NCBI GenBank assembly: GCA_035335845.1
Contig: DAOQNB010000001.1
Span: 509-64,508 of the forward strand
DNA length: 64,000 nucleotides
Direction: 5' to 3'
From: Acidobacteriota bacterium
GTDB taxonomy: Bacteria > Acidobacteriota > Blastocatellia > Chloracidobacteriales > Chloracidobacteriaceae
Shown piece by piece: positions 39,246 to 48,542 of the stretch (the first letter of the stretch is position 1; every line of letters begins with the position of its first letter). The translations under genes and the position numbers were made by a program. The notes below the pieces were generated by a model, which saw only the letters and a list, made by a program, of their open reading frames with translations, had not been told where the DNA came from and did no database searches.

Positions 39246-39941
39246 ATGGGAAACAGAACACAATTCACCGCCAATGGACTCACCATTGATGGCTATCTGG
39301 CCGTGCCAGCTTCCGGTACCGGCCCCGGAGTGATTGTTTTGCAGGAATGGTGGGGGCTGGTCCCCCACATTGAATCAATTGCCGACCGGTTTGCCGCCGC
39401 TGGCTATACTGCGTTTGCGCCTGATCTCTACCACGGCCAGCAGGCAACGGGTCCTGATCAGGCTGGAAAACTGATGATGAGCCTGCGCATTGATGAGGCG
39501 GCCCGTGAGATGCAGGCTGCGATCCAGGGACTGCTGGCGTTGCCACACACCAGCGGCTTTTCAAAAGTCGGGAGCGTCGGATTTTGTATGGGCGGCCTGC
39601 TCTCACTCTATGCCGCCTGCAAAAATCCCGAAATTGGCGCCTGTGTTATTTTTTATGGTGGATTTCCGGGCGTTACGCCGGAGATTGCCAGCCTGACCTC
39701 ACCGGTGCTGGGCCTGTATGCCGGAAAAGATACTTTTGTCACGGTTGCTTCCGTTCATCAGCTTGAACAAATACTTCAACACCATCAAAAACCCTATTCA
39801 TTCCATATCTACTCTGACGCTGACCATGCCTTCTTTAATGACACGCGGCCCGAAGTGTATCGAGAAGCCGATGCTCGTGATGCCTGGGAGCGTGTACTGG
39901 CATTTTACCAAGCCCATCTGTGGGGTGGACATCAGGGCTAA
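39246..39941 (+). CDS. dienelactone hydrolase family protein
   Basis: GPGVIVLQEWWGL, nucleophile elbow GFCMGG and C-terminal DADHAF. Confidence 0.85.
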   Translation: MGNRTQFTANGLTIDGYLAVPASGTGPGVIVLQEWWGLVPHIESIADRFAAAGYTAFAPDLYHGQQATGPDQAGKLMMSLRIDEAAREMQAAIQGLLALPHTSGFSKVGSVGFCMGGLLSLYAACKNPEIGACVIFYGGFPGVTPEIASLTSPVLGLYAGKDTFVTVASVHQLEQILQHHQKPYSFHIYSDADHAFFNDTRPEVYREADARDAWERVLAFYQAHLWGGHQG

Positions 39942-40034
39942 GTCACTGGGCTGAAGCAGCCCGGCGAAACTCTTTGCCCCCATCGCACAGTCTCAACCCT
40001 CAAACCAGCCTGGGCCAGGCCGCTCAGGTTCTTT

Positions 40035-40048
40035 GATTACGCGTAATC
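40035..40048. promoter_or_regulatory. 14-nt perfect palindrome GATTACGCGTAATC directly upstream of the ssb ribosome-binding site, candidate operator
   Basis: Read from the sequence. AAGGAG lies at 40050-40055 and the ATG at 40061. Confidence 0.3.
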
Positions 40049-40060
40049 CAAGGAGTACCA

Positions 40061-40531
40061 ATGTCTTTCAATAAGATTACCATCGTCGGCTATTTAGGAC
40101 GCGACCCTGAACTCCGCTATACCGCCCAGAACGTTCCGGTATGCACTTTTTCGATTGCGACGTCGGAACGCAAACGCGACGCAAAATCTGGGGGCGACCC
40201 TGCCGCTGAATCAACCACCTGGTTTCGAGTCACCCTCTGGCGCGAAAAAGCGGAACTGGCCAGTAAGTATCTGGCGAAGGGACGCCAGGTTTATGTTGAA
40301 GGGCGACTTTCAGTCCGTGAATGGCAGGACCGGGACGGCGTCACTCGAACCAGCCTGGAGGTAACCGGAACCGAGCTGCATTTCATTGATACCCGAAATG
40401 AAGCCGGCGGCGGGGCACCCAGCCAGGGAGGCCGGGAGTCATTGACTCGCTCATCAGCGGCGGGCAGTTCGGCAGCACACATCGATACCGATGCTCGGGC
40501 TGAAGTTGATGAAGATGATATCCCGTTCTAG
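40061..40531 (+). CDS. ssb: single-stranded DNA-binding protein
   Basis: OB-fold N-terminus MSFNKITIVGYLGRDPELRYT, a Gly/Ser-rich linker and the acidic tip DEDDIPF. Confidence 0.95.
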   Translation: MSFNKITIVGYLGRDPELRYTAQNVPVCTFSIATSERKRDAKSGGDPAAESTTWFRVTLWREKAELASKYLAKGRQVYVEGRLSVREWQDRDGVTRTSLEVTGTELHFIDTRNEAGGGAPSQGGRESLTRSSAAGSSAAHIDTDARAEVDEDDIPF

Positions 40532-40539
40532 TTTCAACC

Positions 40540-42309
40540 TTGATTTTCAACCTGACTGGTTGCCGGGATGGTATTTCGGCAACCAGTTTTTCTTTCATTC
40601 CCGTGAATCAAACCAACCTGCTGTCGCCTCGCACCATACCGCTCAATCTCTGTTTGCTGATCGCCCTGGCCGGCCTCACTTTCTTTTTTCACCTGGGAAG
40701 TGTTGGGTTGCTTGGGCCGGATGAGCCACGATATGCCCAGGTCGCCCGTGAAATGATGGACCGCGGCGATTGGATCACTCCAACCTTATTGGGACGTACC
40801 TGGTTTGAAAAACCAGCCCTGGTTTACTGGCTGATGGGAATCAGTTATCGCCTGTTCGGCGTTTCGGAATGGGCGGTTCGATTCCCCTCAGCCTGCCTGG
40901 CCCTGGGCGGTGTTCTCTGGATGTACTGGCTCGGCACCCGGGTTCACAGCCAGCGGTTTGGATTCTGGACCGCCGCGGTACTGGCATCGTCGTGCTTTTA
41001 CTTTGGGTTTGCCCGGGGTGGCACCTTTGATTTACCACTCACGGTCTGTGTATCGGTGACCCTGGGCGCCTTTCTGTGGTGGGACCTTGCTCCAACCAGA
41101 ACCAATCATGGCTGGCTGTGGGTATTTTATTTTTTTCTTGGAATCAGCCTCCTGGCGAAAGGGCTGATTGGCCTGGTCCTTCCAGCGGGTATTATTGGTG
41201 GATATCTCAGTCTGTCATCGACTTCAGTTCGTGATTTTTTCCAACGAGTCAATCGAACCCACTGGCTGCTTGGGAGCGGGTTGATGCTGTGCTCTGCCAG
41301 CATCTGGTATGGGCCAGTGATCTGGCAGCATGGGCATGCTTTTATCCAGGAATTTTTTATCGCCCATCACTTTCAGCGCTATACCTCCGATAAATATCAT
41401 CACACCGGTCCAGTTTATTTTTACCTTCCAGTGATTCTGGGTGGACTGTTCCCCTGGACGTTTTTTGCCGTCCATGGGTTACTGGAACAGATAACCACGA
41501 TCCGAAACCAATGGACCTCCCCGGTTGAAGCCAAACCTTCCCTTCCTGCCTTTAAAGTGGCCTGTTTCTCTCTCTGCTGGATTTTCTTTCCCCTGCTGTT
41601 CTTTAGCTTTTCTGGTTCTAAATTACCAGGATACATCCTTCCGATCTGGCCCGCCGCCGCCCTCATGGTTGGCACCTCGATTGAAAAACTCAGGGCCGAT
41701 GGCTGTGCCAGGACTCGCCAGCGCCTGATGGCTGGCACCTCACTCCTGATTGGTCTGGGTGCGGGATTGGTCTGGGTGGCCGGTCAGAACGTGGTTCCCG
41801 TTCCTGGCCAGTTCATCGGGGTGGTTGGGGTGCTCGGTTGTCTTGGAAGCAGTGGCCTGATCCTGGCTTTTTGGCCTCAATCCCGGGCGCAATCGGGGTT
41901 TTACGGGCTTCTCTGCGGCGGGATGGCGCTCCTGGTGATCGTGATCACCATTCAGCTCTTTCCAGCCCTGGAGCGTCGCGAATCCTTAAAATACCTTTCG
42001 GTGACTGCCCGGCAGGCCATCTTACCTGGCGAATTGGTTACATTTTATAAATGCCGCAAATATGCACCGGTGTTTTACCTGCCAGCTCAGGTCCATTGCT
42101 GCGATATCGACCAGGAGCCAAACCGGTATGACCACCCGGATGACTTATACACATTTCTGCGTTCCAGAGGGAGCCTGCTGGTCCTTCTCCCAGCCTCGCT
42201 CGAACCTGAACTACGGACTGATCCGCGGTTTGAGGTCCAGCCTCTGGGGACAGAATTCACTTTCTCACTGATTCGTCTTCGCCCCACACGCCCTTTACCT
42301 CAGGACTGA
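40540..42309 (+). CDS. GT39/ArnT-like (PMT family) membrane glycosyltransferase
   Basis: LGPDEPRYAQVAREMMDRGDWITPTLLGRTWFEKPALVYW is the typical first periplasmic loop (DE motif), and there are more than 10 TM helices. The start is uncertain (TTG at 40540). Confidence 0.8.
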   Translation: MIFNLTGCRDGISATSFSFIPVNQTNLLSPRTIPLNLCLLIALAGLTFFFHLGSVGLLGPDEPRYAQVAREMMDRGDWITPTLLGRTWFEKPALVYWLMGISYRLFGVSEWAVRFPSACLALGGVLWMYWLGTRVHSQRFGFWTAAVLASSCFYFGFARGGTFDLPLTVCVSVTLGAFLWWDLAPTRTNHGWLWVFYFFLGISLLAKGLIGLVLPAGIIGGYLSLSSTSVRDFFQRVNRTHWLLGSGLMLCSASIWYGPVIWQHGHAFIQEFFIAHHFQRYTSDKYHHTGPVYFYLPVILGGLFPWTFFAVHGLLEQITTIRNQWTSPVEAKPSLPAFKVACFSLCWIFFPLLFFSFSGSKLPGYILPIWPAAALMVGTSIEKLRADGCARTRQRLMAGTSLLIGLGAGLVWVAGQNVVPVPGQFIGVVGVLGCLGSSGLILAFWPQSRAQSGFYGLLCGGMALLVIVITIQLFPALERRESLKYLSVTARQAILPGELVTFYKCRKYAPVFYLPAQVHCCDIDQEPNRYDHPDDLYTFLRSRGSLLVLLPASLEPELRTDPRFEVQPLGTEFTFSLIRLRPTRPLPQD

Positions 42310-43515
42310 AGCCGGAGGCATGCCTGGTTCCAGAGATGGTAGCGATACAACCACTTCGGTGCCTTTGCCACATTCACTGGTAATTCCGATTCGTCCTCCA
42401 TACGCCATTACAATCTCTCGCACCAGCGTCAACCCGACACCGATGCCGCCACCACGAAAATTGGTTCGGGAGGTGCTGTGGTGGATTGAATTTTGCTGTT
42501 CGTAAAACGCTTCAAAAATCCGACTCAGCGCCGACGGCTCGATGCCAATCCCTGAATCTTCGACCACCAGCGCATACCAGCCTGGTTCGGCCAGACGCTG
42601 GATTTTTAACTGGATATGCCCACCGTCCGGCGTGAACTTGACGGAATTCAACAGCAATTCCCGCAGGATTTGCCGGAGCCGTAATCGATCACCAATCACT
42701 GGCGGCATACGATCAAGATCCTCTATGGTAATCGTATGTCCCCGGTGTGAGGCATAGGCGCGGACTTCTTCAACTGCCTGCTCGACAATCTTCTGGATCT
42801 CAAGCGGTTGTCCAATAATTAAGAGTGCTTCCTGGTAGGTTGAAAGCAGCGTCGTCAGGTTTTCAACAATTGAACCGAGACTGTTCACGGCCAGCGACAT
42901 TGCTTCAGTGGCGGCCACGACTTCGGTTGGTGAGTCGGCTAACAATGGAAGCAGGTCGCAGTATCCCTGGAGAACCGTCAGCGGACCGCGAAGTTCATGG
43001 CTGGTCAGCCGCAGGAATTTTTCTTTCAAATCATTGAGCTTGGTCAGTTCACGATTGGCTTGTTGTAAATCCTGGTTTTGCCGTCGCAATCGGATCCGGT
43101 CGGCACAGCGTCTGACGGCTGTCTGGAGCTGATTGATATCAAAGGGTTTGAGTAGAAAATCGCTTGCCCCCAGTTGAATTGCTTCAATCGCGTCTTCAAT
43201 GCGACCATATCCGGTGATGAGCAGCACTTCAATCAGTGGAACTTCCTGCTTTGCTTTTCGCAGAACGCTCAATCCGCCTTCACGGGGCATCTTTAAATCC
43301 GAAACAATAATATCCGGGCGAAAACTGGTCAGCATTGGCGGCACCTCGCTCCCATCAGCCACCGATTTGACCAGGTAGTGTTCCTGCAGTACTTCAGAAC
43401 AAATCAACCGGATGTCAGCCTCATCATCAACAATCAGAACCCGTAATGGTGCCGCATCCGGCTCTGGCTTGAGAGAGCGAGTTCCGGTTGATTGATTCAT
43501 ATCCATCATAAACAT
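42295..43515 (-). CDS. hybrid response-regulator / histidine kinase (REC-HisKA-HATPase)
   Basis: The REC domain is VLIVDDEADIRL...IIVSDLKMP. The H-box is SHELRGPLTVLQGY. The N and G boxes are LLNSVKFTPDGG, VEDSGIGI and GGGIGVGLTLV. Confidence 0.88.
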   Translation of the reverse strand: MFMMDMNQSTGTRSLKPEPDAAPLRVLIVDDEADIRLICSEVLQEHYLVKSVADGSEVPPMLTSFRPDIIVSDLKMPREGGLSVLRKAKQEVPLIEVLLITGYGRIEDAIEAIQLGASDFLLKPFDINQLQTAVRRCADRIRLRRQNQDLQQANRELTKLNDLKEKFLRLTSHELRGPLTVLQGYCDLLPLLADSPTEVVAATEAMSLAVNSLGSIVENLTTLLSTYQEALLIIGQPLEIQKIVEQAVEEVRAYASHRGHTITIEDLDRMPPVIGDRLRLRQILRELLLNSVKFTPDGGHIQLKIQRLAEPGWYALVVEDSGIGIEPSALSRIFEAFYEQQNSIHHSTSRTNFRGGGIGVGLTLVREIVMAYGGRIGITSECGKGTEVVVSLPSLEPGMPPASVLR

Positions 43516-44744
43516 TATGTTCCAGCCAGGAAGGGAGTCGCGAGCGTTTGATGATACTTCCAGTCGGATACCGCGTCCAGGATACGACTGGCGGTTTCGG
43601 TTTTCGAAAGAAATGGCAATTCACGACGACTGTTGTCACGGCCAAGGAGTGTAACCTGATTGTGAGCCACATCAAAACCGATATCGGTTCGACTCACATC
43701 ATTGAGGGCAATCAGATCAATATTTTTTTGCCTGAGCTTTGATTCGGCATAGGATTCGAGGTGGTCGGTTTCAGCCGCAAACCCCACAATCACCTGGGTC
43801 GAAGCCCGCCGGCGACCAATTTCAGCCAGAATATCCTCAGTTGGTTCCAGTTCAAGCAGTAAACCAGTGCGTTTTTTGATCTTATTTGGCTCCATTGCGC
43901 GAGGGCGAAAATCACAGACGGCAGCAGCCTTTAAAATAACTGTGCTTTGGGGGAGGTTGTCCAGTACAGCCTGATACATCTGGAATGTTGTTCGCACCGG
44001 GATCAACTCAACCCCGGCAGGTGGTGAAAGTCGAGTGGGGCCGGAAATCAGAATGACCCTGGCCCCGCGGCGGCGGGCCATCTCAGCCAGCGCATATCCC
44101 ATTTTGCCAGATGAGCGGTTTGTCAAGAATCGGACCGGGTCAATGTCTTCGATGGTGGGTCCAGCCGTTATCAGAACCACCTCCTGAGCCCAGTCCGTCC
44201 GCGGGGAGGTTAATTCCAGTGCTTTCTGAGCAATCACTGTCGGATCGGCCAGCCGCCCTTCGCCAACCATTCCACAGGCCAGGTATCCCGCTTCAGGTTC
44301 AATCACCGTGACACCGCGACGTCGCAGACGATCCAGATTCTCCTGGGTCGCGGGATGCCGCCACATTTCAACATTCATGGCGGGTGCCAGGAGAACCGGC
44401 GCCGTCACCGACAGATAGAGGGTTGACAGAAAATCGTCGGCGATTCCCTGCGCAAATTTGGCCAGGGTATTGGCGGTCAGTGGCGCCACCAGCAGCAGAT
44501 CGGTCTGCTGAGCCAGCGCGATGTGTTTGATCTCTGAATCCTGATCGCGGTGCCACATATCGGAAATCACCGGCTTGCCAGAAAGGGCTTGAAATGTCAG
44601 TGGTTGGACAAATTCACCAGCATGACGTGTCATCACAACCGTCACCTCAACGCCCGCTTTCTGCAACTCGCGTAACACCAGCGCGGCCTTGTACGCTCCG
44701 ATGCAGCCGGTAACCCCTAATGTGATTCGAATGGGTGTCGACAT
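43515..44744 (-). CDS. coaBC: bifunctional phosphopantothenoylcysteine decarboxylase / phosphopantothenate-cysteine ligase
   Basis: ITLGVTGCIGAYKA, PAMNVEMW, ACGMVGEGRLA and ITAGPT...DPVRFLTNRSSGKMG. The ATG at 44744 follows AGGAGG. Confidence 0.93.
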   Translation of the reverse strand: MSTPIRITLGVTGCIGAYKAALVLRELQKAGVEVTVVMTRHAGEFVQPLTFQALSGKPVISDMWHRDQDSEIKHIALAQQTDLLLVAPLTANTLAKFAQGIADDFLSTLYLSVTAPVLLAPAMNVEMWRHPATQENLDRLRRRGVTVIEPEAGYLACGMVGEGRLADPTVIAQKALELTSPRTDWAQEVVLITAGPTIEDIDPVRFLTNRSSGKMGYALAEMARRRGARVILISGPTRLSPPAGVELIPVRTTFQMYQAVLDNLPQSTVILKAAAVCDFRPRAMEPNKIKKRTGLLLELEPTEDILAEIGRRRASTQVIVGFAAETDHLESYAESKLRQKNIDLIALNDVSRTDIGFDVAHNQVTLLGRDNSRRELPFLSKTETASRILDAVSDWKYHQTLATPFLAGT

Positions 44745-44926
44745 CAAACCTCCTGATGGCCACAAACCCAGAAAGCGCCCACACGAGCCTGGGCTGGCCA
44801 GGTGTCACATTCCTTAAGTTTTTGAAACATCCTTTTCCTCGGCTTTAGCCCTGTGGTAGGATACCCCTGCATTTTTACCTGATCCACCTCCACAATTCAA
44901 TTCTTGATTCAGTTCCGGATTCTCCT

Positions 44927-45214
44927 ATGCTCCTGGCACGCGTGATCGGCAATGTGGTGGCAACCCAAAAAAACGAGCGCTATGCTGGTGGTCGAATGTT
45001 GCTGGTTCAACCCATCACACCCGATGGGGTCGACCAGGGAAGCAATTTTCTGGCACTTGATATTCTCGACGCCGGAGCTGGAGATCAGGTGATTGTGGTT
45101 CAGGAAGGATGGGGGGCTTCGACGGCTTCAACTGGACGTGAAGGTGCCGCCATTGATGCCGCCATTATCGGAATTGTTGATCGGATTGAACCACATCCAT
45201 CGCCGGCGACTTAA
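44927..45214 (+). CDS. EutN/CcmL-family (BMC-P, microcompartment vertex) protein
   Basis: 95 aa. MLLARVIGNVVATQKNERYAGGRMLLVQPI......LALDILDAGAGDQVIVVQEG...IDAAIIGIVD follows the EutN/CcmL pattern. Confidence 0.75.
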   Translation: MLLARVIGNVVATQKNERYAGGRMLLVQPITPDGVDQGSNFLALDILDAGAGDQVIVVQEGWGASTASTGREGAAIDAAIIGIVDRIEPHPSPAT

Positions 45215-45256
45215 ACTTTATCAGACATCATTCCTTTTTTGCGACGTTCCAATCCC

Positions 45257-45541
45257 ATGACCGACCACCACACCGATCCACTTCTTGATCAACTGGCTCG
45301 CGAGATTTCCGTCAAGGTCATCCGAAATCTGGCGCTCGCTCCTTCCTCAACTCCAATCCCCGCTTCTTCGCCAGTTACGGTGCTCCACCATCCAGAACTC
45401 AATCACCCAAGCCAGGAACGATTTCTCTTCTCCACAGACCAGCTTGGCGAAATCCTTGAATTTTTAAGCCCCAAAGCCTGTGTGATGGAACCCCAAAAAG
45501 CCTGTGATCACTGTGATATTTGCTCAACCCGTGGTTTTTAA
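45257..45541 (+). CDS. small hypothetical protein with a C-terminal Cys cluster
   Basis: About 94 aa from the ATG at 45257, ending in KACVMEPQKACDHCDICSTRGF. It sits between the EutN-like gene and glpX on the same strand. Confidence 0.45.
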   Translation: MTDHHTDPLLDQLAREISVKVIRNLALAPSSTPIPASSPVTVLHHPELNHPSQERFLFSTDQLGEILEFLSPKACVMEPQKACDHCDICSTRGF

Positions 45542-45602
45542 TCAGTGTGGCTTCGATCTTTCTTTTTAATCCATCTCGTCTTTTTCTCATAAGGAGTTCA
45601 GC

Positions 45603-46649
45603 ATGAAACCAAGCCAGTCGCTTCCCCCTTCGCTCTCACTTGAATTCCTGCGGGTTGTCGAACTCGCAGCAATTGATTCGTCACGAACGATGGGCCAGGG
45701 CAAACGCAAATTTTCTGACCACGTGGCCGTTGAAGCCATGCGCGATGCCTTACGGACGGTTCCCATCAACGGTCGAATTGTCATCGGCGAGGGGGAGCGT
45801 GACAAAGCCCCAATGCTTTATATTGGCGAACGCGTTGGCATCGGGGCCGAACTTCCCGATGAAGGAAACCCTTACCCGGCCGTTGATATTGCTGTTGACC
45901 CGCTCGAAGGGACCAACCTTTGTGCCACCGGGTCACCCAATGCCATTTCCGTCCTGGCAACGGCTGAACGTGGGGGGTTACTCAATGCGCCAGATATGTA
46001 TATGAACAAACTGGTCGTTGGGCCGGCAGCCAGAGGTTGCCTGCGGATTGATGCTCCGGTTAAGGAAAATCTGAAGATCCTGGCCCGACGGCTTGGCCGA
46101 ACGATTGAAGACCTTGTGGTCGCAGTGCTTGACCGGCCTCGCCATGCCAGACTGATTCAGGACATCCGCGAAGCCGGAGCACGCATCCAGCTTATCTCGG
46201 ATGGCGACCTCTCGGCTGGCATCAGCGCGGCGGTGGGTGGATCTGGAGTTCATGCCGTGATGGGAATTGGCGGTGCCCCCGAAGGTGTATTGACCGCGGC
46301 GGCCATGAAATGTCTCAACGGTGAAATCCAGGCCCGTTTTGTCTTGAAAGATCAGCTCCATCAGGAAGATCACTCAAAAGTCACGGATGATTCAGAAACA
46401 CTGGATCGAATGAAGAGCATGGGATTATCAGACCCAACAAAGGTGTTCTTTACCGATGATCTGGCGCCTGGCCGCCACATTCTCTTTTTAATGACTGGTG
46501 TCACCGATGGAAAAGTCCTGCGCGGCGTTCGCTTTTTTGGCACTGGAAAACGAACCGCATCTCTGATTATGAAAACCGAACCCCACCAGGTCCGGTTTGT
46601 GGATACCGTTCATATTGAAGGCGGCCCCGATACCGTCATTCGCTTCTAA
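45603..46649 (+). CDS. glpX: class II fructose-1,6-bisphosphatase
   Basis: AVEAMR...[30 protein letters not shown] and [20 protein letters not shown] lies upstream of the ATG. Confidence 0.92.
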   Translation: MKPSQSLPPSLSLEFLRVVELAAIDSSRTMGQGKRKFSDHVAVEAMRDALRTVPINGRIVIGEGERDKAPMLYIGERVGIGAELPDEGNPYPAVDIAVDPLEGTNLCATGSPNAISVLATAERGGLLNAPDMYMNKLVVGPAARGCLRIDAPVKENLKILARRLGRTIEDLVVAVLDRPRHARLIQDIREAGARIQLISDGDLSAGISAAVGGSGVHAVMGIGGAPEGVLTAAAMKCLNGEIQARFVLKDQLHQEDHSKVTDDSETLDRMKSMGLSDPTKVFFTDDLAPGRHILFLMTGVTDGKVLRGVRFFGTGKRTASLIMKTEPHQVRFVDTVHIEGGPDTVIRF

Positions 46650-46679
46650 ACCTGGATCTTCCAGGCTGGGTTTTACCTT

Positions 46680-46717
46680 CCGTTCCACCAGATATCAGTC
46701 AGGTGGAACGGTTTATT
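46680..46717 (+). terminator. intrinsic terminator after glpX
   Basis: CCGTTCCACC-(12 nt)-GGTGGAACGG followed by TTTATT. Confidence 0.65.
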
Positions 46718-46742
46718 CACTTTCAAGGGAGCAAGTTGTGGT

Positions 46743-48482
46743 ATGAATCGAAGGAAAGTGAATCTGAGCACATTTGTTCACCTCATCGCCCTTTCCGCGT
46801 TGTTTGTTGGAACACCGCTCACCGCGTTGAGTGACATGCCCAAAATCCCTGCGGAACAAAGACTTTCCGCCCTGAGCGGTACGGTGAAAGACACCATCGG
46901 CCTCCCACTGGTGGGTGCGGTGGTGTCCGTGCTCTCCGGTCAGGATTTTCGTCAGGTGACCACCACGTCGCAGACCGATGCTCGCGGATGGTTTCAAATC
47001 CCAGACCTGCCTCCTGGCCTCTACTGCCTCAAAATATCGGCCACCGGGTTCCAACCCTTGCTTGGCAAACCAATTGAAATTGGGACCAATCACCAGCCGG
47101 AATCCAACTTTGTTCTCCAGCGGGCGGCAACCGTGCTTAAATCCCAAAGCATTGATCCGGTTAAATATCAGAGTCGTCGCAATCGAACCGTTTTTCAGCT
47201 TGATGACGATGAAAATCCTGACATGCTCCTGGCCCAGGAAATCCATTTTCAACCTCAGTTCCACGGTTCAACGACCTTGATGTCCCAGTCTTCCGGACTC
47301 ACCGCACTCGGGGCTCCATCCGTGAGCCTGAACTCTCAACTGACCCACCAGTTTTCCGAGTCGGTCTTTCTGGAAACCAGTCTGCAAACCAATGGGGCGG
47401 CGGCCTCAGTTGATCAGTTTTCATTCCAGGTTCGAAGCTTCCTCCAGGGACATGCCCCTACCATTTCCGCCGGGTATACCCGGTTGCGCACCACAAACGG
47501 CACCGACTCAATGTCAACCATTGGGAAATTTACCGTTCGGGCGACCGACACCTGGCAAATCGGTGACAAGGTCCTGCTGATTTATGGTGTTGACTATGCC
47601 CAACTCAGCCAGGCCCAGGATACAACCATCCAGCCCTATATCGGCCTGCGATGGGCACTCACCCCTCACACCCAGTTGTTCGGCGCCGTGTCTCACGAAG
47701 GTGATCTTTCATTTGATGCCACACCCCACCTCGAAGACCGGTCCACTCCGTTTCAAAGCATCGCCGAGCCCCAACTGGCCGTGACAACGTCAACTCCCGA
47801 CGATCTTCCCCGGATGCAACTTGACCGGACCCGACGCTACGAAGCTGGCCTCGCTCACCAGCTTACCTCCCGATCAACCATCGAGACGACCCTGTTCCTC
47901 GACACCGTCTCTGGTCATGGCATCGGTCTTGCCCTCCTGGAGCCAAATTCCGTCCTGACAGATCGCGTCCGCCAGACCCCGCTCATTATCGGGCAAAACG
48001 GGGTTCAGCACGGCGTTCGCCTGTGGTACCGTCGCCGACTCACCCCAACCGTCTCAGTCGCGGCTGGCTATGCGGCTGGCTATGCTCAAAAACTGGCGCT
48101 GACCTCAGCCACCGAGATTGATCCCCGCGCCACTTCCAAAATTGAGTTCCAACCCTCACGGTTTCAAGTTCTCACCGCCCGGATTGATGCTCATATCCTG
48201 CAAACTGGCGCCACCATCACCGCTGTGGTGCGCAAAACACTGGGCAATCCCGTTTTTGCCGTGGATCCATTTCAAGGCCGACTCCCGGCCCTGGATCGTG
48301 GAATCAGTATTTTTGTCTCGCAACCGATTCCACTCCCCCAATTAATCCCAGGTCGCTGGGAAATTCTGATTGAAGGCCGGAACCTGTTTGACCAGACCGA
48401 AGACCTGTCAGCCGAAGGCATGACCATTCAATGGCTCTCAACTCGCCGAACGCTCCGTGGCGGTCTTGGCCTGCGCTTCTAA
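46743..48482 (+). CDS. outer-membrane beta-barrel protein with an N-terminal carboxypeptidase-regulatory-like domain
   Basis: Signal peptide, then LSGTVKDTIGLPLVGAVVSV...TDARGWFQIPDLPPGLYCLKISATGFQP (CarboxypepD_reg). The C-terminal region has alternating-residue strands and ends in GLGLRF with a terminal Phe. Confidence 0.75.
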   Translation: MNRRKVNLSTFVHLIALSALFVGTPLTALSDMPKIPAEQRLSALSGTVKDTIGLPLVGAVVSVLSGQDFRQVTTTSQTDARGWFQIPDLPPGLYCLKISATGFQPLLGKPIEIGTNHQPESNFVLQRAATVLKSQSIDPVKYQSRRNRTVFQLDDDENPDMLLAQEIHFQPQFHGSTTLMSQSSGLTALGAPSVSLNSQLTHQFSESVFLETSLQTNGAAASVDQFSFQVRSFLQGHAPTISAGYTRLRTTNGTDSMSTIGKFTVRATDTWQIGDKVLLIYGVDYAQLSQAQDTTIQPYIGLRWALTPHTQLFGAVSHEGDLSFDATPHLEDRSTPFQSIAEPQLAVTTSTPDDLPRMQLDRTRRYEAGLAHQLTSRSTIETTLFLDTVSGHGIGLALLEPNSVLTDRVRQTPLIIGQNGVQHGVRLWYRRRLTPTVSVAAGYAAGYAQKLALTSATEIDPRATSKIEFQPSRFQVLTARIDAHILQTGATITAVVRKTLGNPVFAVDPFQGRLPALDRGISIFVSQPIPLPQLIPGRWEILIEGRNLFDQTEDLSAEGMTIQWLSTRRTLRGGLGLRF

Positions 48483-48492
48483 TCATCGCAAC

Positions 48493-48511
48493 CGGGAGCA
48501 TCTCGCTCCCG
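48493..48511 (+). terminator. weak hairpin after the OMP gene
   Basis: CGGGAGC-atctc-GCTCCCG. The T-run begins about 10 nt later, so this is not a canonical terminator. Confidence 0.3.
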
Positions 48512-48542
48512 CTCATCCCGTCTTTTTCACGTTGTGCCGCTT

